Source: a virus. Taken from it: a stretch of 64,000 nt of DNA. The DNA is taken from the IMG/VR virus record IMGVR_UViG_3300025120_000019. The stretch is one strand, 5' to 3'. Below the pieces are notes generated by a model. The model did not search any database and had not been told where the DNA came from. It was given only the letters and a program-made list of their open reading frames with translations. Made by a program: the position numbers and the translations under genes. Shown here in pieces: positions 18,736 to 32,200 of this stretch (position 1 is the first letter of the stretch; every line of letters starts with the position of its first letter).

Positions 18736-20631
18736 TTACGGAGTATATACAGTTGTGACTTCATGTGACCAAACCCCCGCTATAACTTTAAACTTCATTG
18801 TATATCTAGTGATATTAAATGTTGTTGATATTGGAACAGCCCCAACACTAACATCTTGTAAGACACTAACGTTTTGTGTACCACCGCTATCTACTGCAAG
18901 AAAGCTTTTGTTTAATTGACTATTAACATCAGCAGTATCTGTTCCTGTAACTGCTGTTGAACTTGCATGAATATTTGCAAGTGTTCCGTTTGGAATAGTT
19001 GATGGATTTGCTAAAGATGTAAGAATGGCTTTTACTTCATTGTTATCTGATGCACTAGTGCTTATAGTAATTGTTAATCCTGTAACGTCTAAACCAAAAA
19101 CTAATGTTTTTGAACCTAGTTCAGTATCAACATATCCTTTTGTTGCAACTGTACTATCTGCATCTTCTGTTAATAATGCATTTTCTGATACTGCTCTTGC
19201 ACTTACTGCCGTTGTAACATTTGTTATTTTTTGCTGTGTAATAAAATTTACCGCTCCTGCGGCATTTATTTCAATACCATTTGTAGCATTTGAAATTCTG
19301 TCACCGTCTATTGTAATATTATCAACAGTAATAGATGATAAACTACCTATGTTTATTAGCCCTGGTGCAGAAGTAACAGTTGAACTAAGTGCAGTTTTAG
19401 TTAATACTGTATCTCCACCTATCATTAATACACCATTGTCATCGTCAATATTGATATTATCTTCTGTGGTCCATGCTTGCTTTGCTACTCTATACGTCCA
19501 TTTGATGCTTCCGCCTTGTGTTTCTATTAAAAGACCTGCATCGTCTACAAAAGCACTTGTGCTATCTAACAACGAACTGTCATCTGGTATTGCAAGCTGA
19601 ATATTTTTATCTGCAACCCTTAATGAAGTTACTGATTCATTAACTACTGTTCCTACCGTTAGGTTGCCTTCAATTCTTAAATCACCTGAGAATCTTCCGT
19701 CTCCGTTAACATCAAGTGTTTTTGATGGTGTAACATTTAATATTCCTAAACGCTTGTTATCTGTGTCCCAATATTGTGCGGCATATGATCCTACACTATC
19801 TTTTAAACTTAATTTATAATTTGAACTTGTAAGGTTGTTTATTTGCTCAACAGTATCTCCGGTTACTTTTATTGTATGATCAGAATCACTACCAAGTATT
19901 AAGCCCAAATCATTGTTAACGTGTAGCTTACCAGCCATTGTATCACCAGCTGAATCTGTAGCACTTACAAAATCATTAATAGTAAATGCTGTTCCAAACT
20001 CATCTGTAATCGCTAATGCTTTATCGGCTATTCCTTCTACAACAAAAGTGCTATATGCACTATTAATATTAATGCCCATGCGTAAGTTTGTAAACCCTGT
20101 TATTTCAACAGCAGGTGTAAAAGTTTCTTTTGCAATAATTAATATTGGTACTCCTGCAACAAATAATTTTAAAATTGTTTTATCTAATGCAAAACTATCT
20201 TTTACTGTTGTAACCTTAAATCCGCTTAATCCTTGTGACTTTGTATATACAGGCCCTACAAGTATCCACTCAGTTCCTGTCCAATAATATAGTTGATCCT
20301 TTGAACTATCTATCCAAATATCACCTTCGATTTTTTCTAAAGGTGCTGTTGTTGATACTACACTATTATCTGTACTTCTAAAAGTTGTTCCGTCATAAAC
20401 TTTCAACCTATTATTTGTGGTATCAAACCACACTTGTCCTTTAATCGGTTTACTTGGGGGAGATACATTTGCAAAGCTTTCTAAAAGCTTGATAAAATTT
20501 TCATTTATAAATTCACCAAATCCTTGATAATTTTTTCCAATAAAAGTTAATTCTGTTGTAGTACTATCAATTTTTCCGTCAATTAATTCTGTAAGTAAAG
20601 TACCATCAGTTTTGTTTAATCTATAACTCAT
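18736..20631 (-). CDS. Tail fibre/baseplate protein
   Basis: Same N-terminal module (FIGKNYQGFGE..NENF..LLESFA...GQVWFD); ATKGYVD fibre motif. Confidence 0.7.
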   Translation of the reverse strand: MSYRLNKTDGTLLTELIDGKIDSTTTELTFIGKNYQGFGEFINENFIKLLESFANVSPPSKPIKGQVWFDTTNNRLKVYDGTTFRSTDNSVVSTTAPLEKIEGDIWIDSSKDQLYYWTGTEWILVGPVYTKSQGLSGFKVTTVKDSFALDKTILKLFVAGVPILIIAKETFTPAVEITGFTNLRMGININSAYSTFVVEGIADKALAITDEFGTAFTINDFVSATDSAGDTMAGKLHVNNDLGLILGSDSDHTIKVTGDTVEQINNLTSSNYKLSLKDSVGSYAAQYWDTDNKRLGILNVTPSKTLDVNGDGRFSGDLRIEGNLTVGTVVNESVTSLRVADKNIQLAIPDDSSLLDSTSAFVDDAGLLIETQGGSIKWTYRVAKQAWTTEDNINIDDDNGVLMIGGDTVLTKTALSSTVTSAPGLINIGSLSSITVDNITIDGDRISNATNGIEINAAGAVNFITQQKITNVTTAVSARAVSENALLTEDADSTVATKGYVDTELGSKTLVFGLDVTGLTITISTSASDNNEVKAILTSLANPSTIPNGTLANIHASSTAVTGTDTADVNSQLNKSFLAVDSGGTQNVSVLQDVSVGAVPISTTFNITRYTMKFKVIAGVWSHEVTTVYTP

Positions 20632-22655
20632 ACTATAACTCCAGTGTAAATAATGTAATTAAGTGTTACAAATGGATCAGTAGTATCCATAGCAGAATTT
20701 GTTGCTGTAACTAATCCACCAGATGTAGACATTTTAGAACCGCTTGCACCATCAGATGCCGCACCGCCAGCACTTGCTCCAGTACCCGATAACCCACCCA
20801 CTGTACTTGTTACATAGAATTGATCATTTGTACTACTCTTTAAATCATGTTCATGATCAGGCAAATTAGCTGTTGTAATTGTATTAGATGCGTTACCACT
20901 TACTCCACCCAAAGCACCTGTTCCTGCTGTAATTCTATTATTATTTGAAGACGGAGAACCTAATGTACCAACTACACCTCTACCCCGTAAATCAGGTAAA
21001 CTAAATACCTGGCTAGTATCTGCACCATAGGTTGTGCCTATAGCTGTAAATAAAGTTGCATATGTTGTTCTTAGTTGTGAACTTCCATCACATAATAACC
21101 AACCACTTGGAGCACTTGTTCCTGCAAAAGGAACCACTGTTCCTACTGGAATTGTTTGTATACTTCCAACTATATCGCTTTGAGTTGCTTTATATAAATT
21201 AGATCCTCTTGCTACAAGTAATTCATCTGTGCCAACTATTGGTGCTGGAATTGCTGTCTTATTTGTAACAAAAGCTGGTGCTATAGTACTATTAGATAAT
21301 ACTTTAGTTGAACCACCTGTTTGTCCATCAAATTGAAAACTATCTGCTGTTACATCTCCGTTTATACTAAACGTTGTTGCACTATTTAATTTTCCTGCAC
21401 TTGTTGCTGTTCCGGTAAGTGTTGCAGTTATTGCTAAACTTGCTCCTGCTTTTGGTTGAATAGATGTTGTTGTAATTCTGTTTGCATATAAGTTATCATA
21501 GAATAAAGTAGATGTTCCTATGTTATGTGTGCCATTATTTTCTGGAATAATATTTTCAGCAGTTATTTGACTATTAACCGTTAGTGTTCCTCCAACGTGT
21601 AAGTCTTGTGCAATTCCGATTCCACCAGGTGTAGTTATGGAACCTGTAGTGGCACTAGTTGCGTTTGTTGTTAGCGTTGTTTTAATTGTTCCACTTGATA
21701 AAATATTTCCAGTAACGTCTAAAGATTCTGCTGGTGTAGCATTGTTTATACCAACACTATTTGTTGTAGATGCAGTTTTAACTCTAATAGCCGGAGTCTG
21801 CGTTGCTGTAGTTCTTATATCAAGAGTACCTGTACCCGAGTGTTCTATAATACTGTCTGCATCTTCAACCAGTACTGCTATATTTTTTGTTTGCCCAAAT
21901 TCTATGCCCCGATTATCGCTTATTTTCAAAGGTACATTTACTGTTTGCACTCCTGCTTCTGCATCGTTTCTAACAAATTTTGTACCATCAACAGGTAGAT
22001 TATTAATTACTAAATTATTTGCTTGTTCTGCTGTTCCGTTTAGCTGAGAAGCTAAAGACTTATTTAAATTTATTCCTATTTTTATAGGAATTGCTGAAGT
22101 ATAACCTGCAATATTACTTTTTGGTGCAAAAGTAACATTACTTATAATTGCTATTGGTATGTCTTGTGCATAAATTATCGTAACTTTTTCAGCAAGTGCA
22201 TCGTCTGCTCTAGCAATATCTACAGAGATAGCTCCTGTTATTGATGCTGAACTATATTGTGGGCCTACAAGTACATATCCGCTCCCTGTATAAATGTATA
22301 ACTGACTGTTTGTAGTATCAACCCATATATCTCCAGCAACACTATTATCAGTTGCTGGTTGCGAGGCTGACTTTTTTAGTCCACCTGCCGCTACCCATTG
22401 TGTTCCGTCATATATTTTTAATTGATCAATCCCGGCTGTTGTATCGTACCAAAGTTGGCCTTCAACTGGATTACTAGGAGGATTAGCATTGGAAAAATTT
22501 TCTAATAAATGCAAAAAATTTGTGTTTAAACTACTACCATATCCTTCTTGATTATTTCCAATCAATCCAAGACTAGTATCTGTATTGATTGCATTATCTT
22601 CAATTGTAATAAAACCTTTGTTTGCATTATCTGTAAAAGGAATATCATAAGACAT
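20628..22655 (-). CDS. Short tail fibre with phage tail collar domain
   Basis: IPVGTVVPFAG..APSGWLLCDG...LFTAIGTTYG...LPDLRGR, LPDHEH, LNYIIYTG. Confidence 0.85.
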   Translation of the reverse strand: MSYDIPFTDNANKGFITIEDNAINTDTSLGLIGNNQEGYGSSLNTNFLHLLENFSNANPPSNPVEGQLWYDTTAGIDQLKIYDGTQWVAAGGLKKSASQPATDNSVAGDIWVDTTNSQLYIYTGSGYVLVGPQYSSASITGAISVDIARADDALAEKVTIIYAQDIPIAIISNVTFAPKSNIAGYTSAIPIKIGINLNKSLASQLNGTAEQANNLVINNLPVDGTKFVRNDAEAGVQTVNVPLKISDNRGIEFGQTKNIAVLVEDADSIIEHSGTGTLDIRTTATQTPAIRVKTASTTNSVGINNATPAESLDVTGNILSSGTIKTTLTTNATSATTGSITTPGGIGIAQDLHVGGTLTVNSQITAENIIPENNGTHNIGTSTLFYDNLYANRITTTSIQPKAGASLAITATLTGTATSAGKLNSATTFSINGDVTADSFQFDGQTGGSTKVLSNSTIAPAFVTNKTAIPAPIVGTDELLVARGSNLYKATQSDIVGSIQTIPVGTVVPFAGTSAPSGWLLCDGSSQLRTTYATLFTAIGTTYGADTSQVFSLPDLRGRGVVGTLGSPSSNNNRITAGTGALGGVSGNASNTITTANLPDHEHDLKSSTNDQFYVTSTVGGLSGTGASAGGAASDGASGSKMSTSGGLVTATNSAMDTTDPFVTLNYIIYTGVIV

Positions 22656-23260
22656 TAGCTGTTACCTCCGCTAAGGCTTTGTACTCTCACAGTGTAGTCA
22701 ATTTGTATTAATCTGTTCAATGATTTTTGTACTGGATGGAAAATTACATGAGTAATTAATCTTCCTGTTCCACTTGCACTATAACCTCTCAAACCTAGCT
22801 CATCAAATACAAATTGTTGTTCAGTATCAGATGCAGTATCAAATGCATCTTGCCCACTTGGTTCACCATAATCTAATAAACAACAAACAACAACATCAGT
22901 GTAATTTGTTCCGCTTACATGGCGAGTTTCAATCTTATTACGTGTAGGATCTAAATTATTTACATTTCTATCATCAACTACTTTTGTATAAGTTTGATTA
23001 TATAAACTTGCATTAGTTCCTGTACTATTTGGTGTCAAATATGTTATTATTCCTGTTGGGTCTACAATAGTTCCGCCATTGCCAAAACTCATTTCGCTTA
23101 TAAATCCTTGTCCAATATTACCAAGGCTTTCAGCAAGGCTTATACTCATATTTTCATAATGTATTGCATTACGTTTGTCCACAAACACATGACCCGACTC
23201 TGGGTTATATATCTTTATATGACCTTCTATGTGTACACCGTTTTGTTCTGTTTGTATCAT
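22655..23260 (-). CDS. Baseplate-associated structural protein
   Basis: Position in the tail module; FDELGL...LITHVIFHPVQKS...IQIDYTVR resembles fibre-attachment domains. Confidence 0.6.
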   Translation of the reverse strand: MIQTEQNGVHIEGHIKIYNPESGHVFVDKRNAIHYENMSISLAESLGNIGQGFISEMSFGNGGTIVDPTGIITYLTPNSTGTNASLYNQTYTKVVDDRNVNNLDPTRNKIETRHVSGTNYTDVVVCCLLDYGEPSGQDAFDTASDTEQQFVFDELGLRGYSASGTGRLITHVIFHPVQKSLNRLIQIDYTVRVQSLSGGNS

Positions 23261-23276
23261 ATTATCATCCTTATTG

Positions 23277-23282
23277 TATTTA
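23277..23282 (-). promoter_or_regulatory. Late promoter box overlapping the stop codon of the giant gene
   Basis: GATAAATAC on the minus strand; its TAA is the stop of 23280..37049. Confidence 0.5.
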
Positions 23283-26200
23283 TCGGGTTAGCTTTATTGA
23301 GCCGTCTGTTAGGAATTTGCTAATAGTATTTTTACTATCTGAAATACTTTTGCCTTTATCATTCCAAACTTTTCCTTCTTTCCTTATTACTTTTATTTCT
23401 ACACCTTCACCTGGCGTTGTTTTTAGAGTTAAAATATTATTTTGAACTGAAAAATCAGCTGAAATAGTTTCGTCTCCACCCGGACTATCTTGATCTAATG
23501 TGCTATTGTACAATGAATAGCTTGATTTGATTAATCTACTTCCTGCTACAAATACATCAAATTGATTAATATTTGCAGGTGTCCAGTTTAAAACAAATGT
23601 ACTTGAAGAATTATCACCTGTAAAAGTTTGAGTATATGTAGTATCTTGGTAAGGAATAGTTTCGCTTCCTCCTTGATTATATACTCTAGCAGTTGTAAGA
23701 TGGACTTCTGGTACACCAGTACCAAGTGTGCCACGTTGTAATTGACTTAAAACATTGTTGTTCTTAGCAAAATACTCAATTCGTTCACCGTTTATAAAAA
23801 TAATTCCAGGTAATGATGATTCTCTATTTGGTTCATCTAGGCCTGTAGCATCTTTTAAAACAATATTTAGATCATACCAATTAATATTAGATTGTAGCTC
23901 ATACTCTTTTGCACTGGTTATCCTCTTATAATGATATCTATTTAATATATCTTTGAAAATCCTATAAGCAAACTTTTTCTTACTTACTGTTGCACAAGAA
24001 TAAAGTATTTCAATTTGATCATTTTTTAAAGGTGCTTCACTTAATAATACAGTTTTTCCATCTTCTGATAATGTGTAATCAACTTGCGAAGTTAAAAATT
24101 TTCCGTTTAAAAATACCCATGCATAATTTGCCCCAGGAATTTCTTTGTTAAGAGGAATATGTCCTTGGGAAACTAAATTTTTTGTCAAATAGTCTGCTGA
24201 ACCTTCGGGTGCATTTGTACCATCGTATGAAACTCTGTAACTTAGCCTTTCAAACTCATTTATATCATGATTAGAAAATACATAAATTGTTACATCTTCG
24301 TTTGGTATTTCTTTTAAAGATAATCTATTACTTTCTACTACAGTAACACTATCAATTTTAAAAGCTGTACTATCATCAAAATATAAAGTTGGTGTATCAT
24401 CTTTTTCTGCTAATAATACCAAGTCACGCTCATAACCTTGTAATAGAATTGTTACATCGCTTCCTACTTTTGTAAATTCTTGTATTGTACAAACTACATT
24501 TGTGCTATCATTAAGAGTAAAATTAATGCTATCTAGTGGTTCATAATCTACTAGTGTTGCCGCATTGCTTAATGTAACCTTTGTATCAACAAAGAAATAA
24601 TCAGCTTTATCAATAAGTATCACACGCATTTTATCGCCTGCAACACCAACAGATCTTGATGTTAAACTTAATCTGCCATTAATTGTATCGTACACATAAT
24701 TCTTAGGATTTACATACTGGTCATTTATGTAAACTAAAACATCAGATTGCATGATTAATGTTTGATCTACAAATTGCCAGTTATCTAATTCATAAACTCT
24801 TTCTTGTGTAATTGTATGTAATATCGAGTAACCTGCATCTAAGAATGTATTTCCTTTTTTAACTAGCACATTATGACTATATGGTTTTTTGTTAAAAGGT
24901 AGCGGCACTGCACCATTAGCACCAAATGTGTGTGATTTATTAGTAGAAACAAATCTGCTAAATGTAGTATCTATAGCTAGTTGACTATATTGCTGTCCTG
25001 TTCCTGTATAAAGAGTATAGGTGATAATACTATTTGCTTTGGGTGTATCACCCAATGTAATCATTACTTTATCTGCGTCCTCTCCATACTCTGATCCTGA
25101 TACTGATATAATAAAGTTTGTAGTTACAACACCGTTGACTGCAACAACCGCTGTCAATCCTGAAACGTATTGATAATATGTTATAAAGTTTTTACTAACT
25201 CCGTCTGCTGTAAACGTATCGCTATCTAAAATATTTGTGCCATTAGTACCTATAGTCATTACAGATAAATGTATTCCTACTGGTAACAAAGAACTATCAG
25301 AAATTCTTAATATTTTTTCTATATAATCTATTTCATATTGCGAAGGACTCAGTACAATATTATCTAACTTTACAATTACGCTATCTTGATTTGCTGGTAG
25401 TTCTTCTAAAGGATATTCAGCACCCGTACCATCAGTAGTAAAGTTTTGTACTGTAATCATTCCTTGTCCGTCATTTACTCTTTCATAAACTTGTATATCA
25501 AGTGTATCTAAAATTTGTCCAGGAACGTTTTCTTCTGGTCCTTTTGATGTAGTTGGTGTAACAAATCCATCTCCATCTACAACAATATTACCAGAGGCTA
25601 TACCAGTTGCAGTCGAAAATTTTCCTGCTATATTTGTTAAATCTCCTCCAGTAAGTTGTGTATCAAATGTTACACCTGTTGGCGTAACTGCACCATCACT
25701 AGTTGATTTTCTAACTATAATAGTATCACCGTCTGTAGTGTTTATTCCTGTAACATCTAAAGCAAAACTATCTGTGATTCCATCTCCAACTATACTACGC
25801 ATAATTGCATCTGGATTACTAAATGTTGACGAATCGCCTACCCAATCAGGATCATCTAAACGTGTTGGATTTTCATTTACCCCTGCTGTAATAGATTTGT
25901 AGTATATATTATATGTTATACCTGGTTCAAAAGGTTTACTTACAGTTATATTAGCTGTGCTACCATCTAAAATAAATACTTCATCTTCAAAATTTGCATC
26001 AAAGTCATCAAATGCATCTGTTCCAAATTTGCCTCTATTGAAACCTATATTTGCTCCAAACGAAACTGTATCAATTTGTACTCCTCCGTAATCAACACCA
26101 TCCATTAATTGGGCTAGGTCTTTTCCGTATTGTCCAGTAGTTGGACTGTAAAAGAAGTTTATCCTGTCTTCAGCATTTAAATATTCTATATCTTTCTTAT

Positions 26201-29200
26201 ATTTTACAGAAATTACAGCATTTTTTGAAGGTGCTGTTGTAAAAGTTATTTGTCCATAATATTTTTCATAAGTTGCTGTGGTATCTAAAATATTTGATAC
26301 AACATAATCACTGCTTAGTTGTTCTACACTATTAACAGTTATTTCTATATCTGCAGGCTTGACACTCATAGGCCATTTTACATTAAATAAAATTTGTGAA
26401 CCTGTTCCAGTAAACGATGTAGTAACATTCAAGTCAGTAACTTGGTATGTTCCTGATACACGGTCAAACCGTATTATCATATGCGTTGACCGTACTGGAG
26501 AATTTCCTAATATTGCAACTGCTTTTGAATCTGTACTAGCAACACCGTAAGCATCCTGATCTTTCTTTGTTCCTGAAAAAGTAATTGTTGGAGAAGTGAT
26601 ATATTTTTTTCCTGCTCCATTAAAAATTATACCAGTAACTTTGTCTCCTGAAATAGTTGCTGTGCCAGTAGCAGTTGGTCCACCACCGCCACTTACTGTT
26701 ACAGTCGGTGATGATTCCCATCCGGACCCTCCTTGTGTTATTTTGATATCAGTAACTTCAAAACCAACATTATCAAACCAATTACGTTGTGGATACGTAG
26801 TTACAAATGATGAATAATTTTTTATTTCACTATTAATAACTTGTGCGTTTTCAGGTATAATTTTTCCTTGTACTTCATCATACCTAGGAGGTAAATCAAA
26901 ATCACTAATAACTGTTTGAGTGGGTTCAATTTTTTCGTAAGAACTTAAATATTCTCTAATTTTTGTACTGTAAGGTTTGACTTCGTTTACATACTCAGTA
27001 TAACTTTCTAAATTGTCATTTTTAAATGTAACTTTTTGTTGTAGTTCTCCTACATTATGTTTTGCTTTAATGAAAGCCGTTTTGAAAATCCAATCTACAT
27101 TTAATTGCTCAGATAATATGTAACGAACACTACTAAAAAATAATTTATTCCATTCTACTAATAGAGTATCAACAAAAATATTATCTTTAATTGTATTAAG
27201 TAATATTCTTATTTCCTGTCCGGCATCTCTATCATACAAAGCACTATCGTAAACAGCTTTATCAAAACCAAACTTTGAATTGTTATATAATAAAGAACTT
27301 AATTCTAATGTCCCGTTTTGTCTTCCAATAGTTTGATAGTTTACTGTGTAATCAACTTCAGGTTGATTATCTATTTTATACAATAATAACCAGCCGCCTG
27401 AACCTATTGATTCAACTTTTACAATATCGCCTAATTGGTCTTTGAGTCCTCCTAAAGCATAACTACCTGGTACCAAATAATCAATAGCAGTATTTTCACT
27501 ATATCCTGATTTATACCAATCTTTATAATTCCAATATAATCCAGCATCATATCCTTGATTGTTTACCCTAACCCATGCTTTATCTGTAGTATTCCAAATG
27601 TAGGTTGCCCAAAATCCTAATAAAGTAGAATCAGCTTTTACTAATGCTGTAAAAGGCCTCACTGTTACAACTGTTGATTGCGAATAGTTTTTTCCTTGGT
27701 TAACTACTACAGCTTCAATAACTTGACCTAAATTATTTACATATGTTTCAATTTCGGCACCAGTTCCTGTTCCTTGTATTGTAACTTTAGGTCCTCTACG
27801 CTTTGTATCATTTGCACTATTAAATGCTGGATCAATATATCCTCTTCCTGCACTGGTTATATTAACGTCAGTAACTCTGCCATCTGTGATAGTTATTCCT
27901 AGTGTTGCTTGACTAATCTTAGATGTACCAATAAATCTTAACAAAGATTCGGTATCAATACTAGTATCATAATCTCTAGATACTGCTGACGGTACTGGGT
28001 CTTTTTTAGATAATCCTGATATATTATATTCGTCTACAATTAAATTACCAGCTAATACAAGATTTATTCTTTCAATAATCTGTTTTAAAGCTTCTGCTCT
28101 ATTGACAAACATAGTTTGTAACGGTTCATCTAAAATACCATATCTTCTAGCACTACTTACACCTGGATCTGGTACAGGAGTTTTATTTTCGTCATATCCT
28201 ACTAAGCTATCGATCCATTTTTTAATTAATGTATTGCTAGGTTGACTTGTTTCAAGCCCTTCGGTTAATAAATCATATTCTCTATGTAAATTATTTTCTT
28301 TAACTTCTACTGTGTTATAATATTCAAAATGTAGAATTGTATCTTTGTCTCTAATTAAACTTCTACAATTATAAATTCCAAAATTATCAGTACCAAACAT
28401 TGCTAAAAACTTATAACCATTGCTTGCTGGATCTTCAATTAAAGATGCAACCGAAGAAGCAGTTATATTTCTATTTGCAAGAGGTGGTAATACTTTTGTA
28501 TTTTTTACCCAATAATAATATTTGGCTGAAAATTGTCCTGTTATTGCATCATATATATTTTGCCTAGTATAACGTAAATTACCGTAACGTGATTTTCCAC
28601 TTATTCCTTGAGATAGTCCTTCAGTAGTATCTGCGATATCATCCCATTGCTCAGGAAGGAGTTTACTTTCAACCCACTCATAAATGTCAACACTATATCC
28701 AGGAATAACTTTATTCCACACATTGGCACTGTATTCAGAATTTTTTTGATAAGGATTATACCATTTTACTGCACTTAGGTCCCATAAAAGTTTTCCAACC
28801 TTTTCGTCACCCCAAGGATTTACAGTACCAGTATTTGTACTTCCTATATTATATACTGCTGGATCATAATATAGTTTAAAGTCTAATTCTCTTTCTGCGG
28901 CATTAGCTATTTTACCTTGAATAGGATCAATAAAATCTAAATATGTGATTAAATCACTTGTAACTTTATCATATATAAAGGATCCACGCATTTTATCATA
29001 ATTTGTAAAGTCTGTAGCAGATGCTAAAGTTGTCCAATTTACTGTATCTCTATCTGCTCTCAAATCAAATAGTAATCCATTTCTAGTATTACTTGTTTGT
29101 AATCCTATAAATCCAAGATACAAATGATTATTAGTGTAAACTAATTCTACATCAACGGCAGTTGATAGATCTCTTGTAATTGTATTACCAAAGTCATCTG

Positions 29201-32200
29201 TGGCGTAACTTTCGTAGTTAACAACCTCGCTAACTGTATATCTATCATTGAGTAACTCAAAAGTATATGCTTGTGGCCTTCTGTTAGATATATTTGTTAA
29301 GGTAGTGGTTTTATTATCAAATACTGTTGCACTATTATCAAATGTTGTTGCATCAATATTTTTTCCGTTTATTCCAATGACACATAGTTTATTTCCTGCA
29401 AAATCAACTTTATATCCAAATCTTTCATTTACTGAACTATTTGGTGCTACTAATAATTGTGTATTTTCAAATGCAAGTGTAGTAGTATTATATTTGTAAA
29501 TAAAAACAACACCTTGATCAATTCCTGTTTCGCTACTATCTGCAACATCTGCAAGATTAGCTCCAACTGCAATATAATTTCCATCATCACTTAATGCTAA
29601 ACTGTCACCCCACAACATATCTACTTGAGGTGTAGTTAAAATTTCGTAAAATGCGTATCTGCCTTCTTGCTTGCGGTAGACATATACTTGGAATTCTTGA
29701 CTTGTATTATTATATGCTGTAAATGCTAACACTTCTCCATTAGAACTGACATCTATATTTTTTCCAGCATCTATTGTATTATTAAATGCTGTGCTATCAG
29801 TATCTCCGTCAAGAATACCTGCTGAATATGGTAGATAGCCAAATCTGTCAATTCCTATATCTGTTGTTTTCCAAGCATTTCCATCTGTAGGATCAGCACC
29901 ACCTGGTACTATATTAACTTTAGCTTTATACAATACCCCGTCATAGAAAACAATTTCATTTATCCTATAAGAATAAATTGTATTATACTCACCTCTGTAT
30001 TCAGAGTCTTGTGTGCCTTTAAATTCTTTGTTCAAATAGATTGTATCATATATGTATATACGACCATTGTTTCCTTCGCTACGGACAAATACCTGATACT
30101 TTTCATCAGTACTAAACGCAGTTTCTAATCCTATACCAAATTTTTCGTCAGCTGTAGGATTAGATGAAATAAACTGTTCTAACAGTACAAAAGTTGCATC
30201 TAATTGTTTTTGATAAACATATACTATACCTTGATTGCTAAGAGATGATGCTGATCCATCAGCATCTGCTGGAATTTTATAAATTTGTTCCCAGTCTTGA
30301 CTATCTGTATGTATTGTGCTACTATCATCATCAGTTTCTCTTAATGATTTCCATAAATTACCTCTGTCACTAACAATATCATCTTTAAAAATTTGACCAG
30401 TTACACTTCCGATTTCTCCTCTATATCTTGTTTTAACAAGACTTGCCAAAGGCGCAGATATAAACAAAAATTGTCCATCGTGTGCAAACTTAATTTTTTG
30501 TCCAAATCCACTAGACGAACCATGAAATCCTGCTGGTAATTCTATAGTTTGTACAGCACTTAATTGAGAACTTTCACTTGCTCTATTAAATATAAAAACT
30601 TTTTCATCCTCTGGACGACCTACTGCAACAATAGAATTTGCATCGTTACTATCAAAGCTTGATGCAAATTTACCATCGCCTTCTAGTTGATTTGTAATTT
30701 CTTGTTTTCCTGTTACAATTTTTTTATTGCGAAACACGCCAAATTTATTGTTTGCTACATTATCAATCCATATTGTATCATTTTCTCGTAATCCATATTC
30801 GTTAATATCTGCATTTACAAGCTCAGGAGTATTGTATCGTTTTGATAATAATTTTGTTATTATACCTGTAGTGCTATCGCCTAAATCTAAACTTTGATCT
30901 GCTGTAGTAATATCTGCTATAACATTGACAACATTTTCTGTAATTGTATTGACTGTGTAAAATCCATCTAATGACGGTTCAACAAATTGCACTCCAAAAG
31001 TTTCTCCTACTGCGATTTCTGGCGTGCTATCAAAAGTTAAATCAAATCCAGTATCTGTCTTTGTGTAAAGTAAGACTCTGTTTGATGTTTTTACGTGCTG
31101 ATATATATTCCATGAATTCTTTTCAGATGTTACCCATAAAAAATTATCAATTGGAACATTTGTAATATCAAGAGAAAGAATATCAGCTGGTGTTTTAACA
31201 AGAAAATTTACCTGATCTAAACTAACATAACCCGCAGTCTTAGAATATTCTTTTGTACTCCATGTGCTAGGAAACGGTTTTGTAGTGTAATTATTTGGTT
31301 TTATATAAACATTAGGTGTAGTATATTGATAAACTAAATCAGTCCTTGATTCATTTTTGGTATTGACTAATTCAATAATCTGTGGCTCTATTCTAAATTC
31401 TTTCTCATCTAATTGATATTCTAATTCATCAAATACATTAGTAGCACCGTATTGTGCTTTTCTAATTGCCCATTCTTCATAAAATTCTATGCTATCTTTA
31501 TTTGCACTACCTAATTTGTCAAATAATTTTGTTAAACTATTTAGAGTACCTTTATCTTTAATAAATCCTTGGTAAAACTTATATTGACTTATTTCATCTG
31601 GAATTATATTATTAAGATATTCTCTTTTTTGATAACCAATTAAATGCTGTGCTAACCTTTGTTGTTCTGTGTCAAAGTTATCAGTATCTAAATCATAAAA
31701 GTCTGCAAATTGATTAGCTTTGTAATCAAAGTTTGTTTTTAATCCGCTTTCTGGTTTAGAATCTAATCTATTCCAATTTGTAGCATTAAATGTATTTGTT
31801 CCAATTAAAAACCCATTTGCTGAATAGTAATATTCTTTATATTTTACTATATCTCCCAATCCATAATCTTGCCATTGTTGCCATTCATTAATTATAGCCT
31901 CATCATATATAAATCCAGGAATATCTAAATTACCATTCCAATTATTTGTTCTATAACCAACAACATTAATACGTTCTTGCCTATATCCACTTGCTGGATT
32001 GTATATTGTATCATTAAACACAGTTGAATTATCAAGAATTACTGCATGATCTTTTTGCACTAATCCTAATTTTGCAAAATACAGACCCTGATCATCTTTT
32101 GGAAATAATTCTACACTATTAGAAACGTCTCTGTTTATATTTAAAGACACATCTTTAATTGCAGTGCCTGCTACGTTTAATGTTTTATAACCAAATATAT

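Noticed and set aside
14896-22655. Diversity-generating retroelement or invertible tail-fibre cassette
   Set aside because: No reverse transcriptase, invertase or near-identical TR/VR repeat pair was seen in the window.
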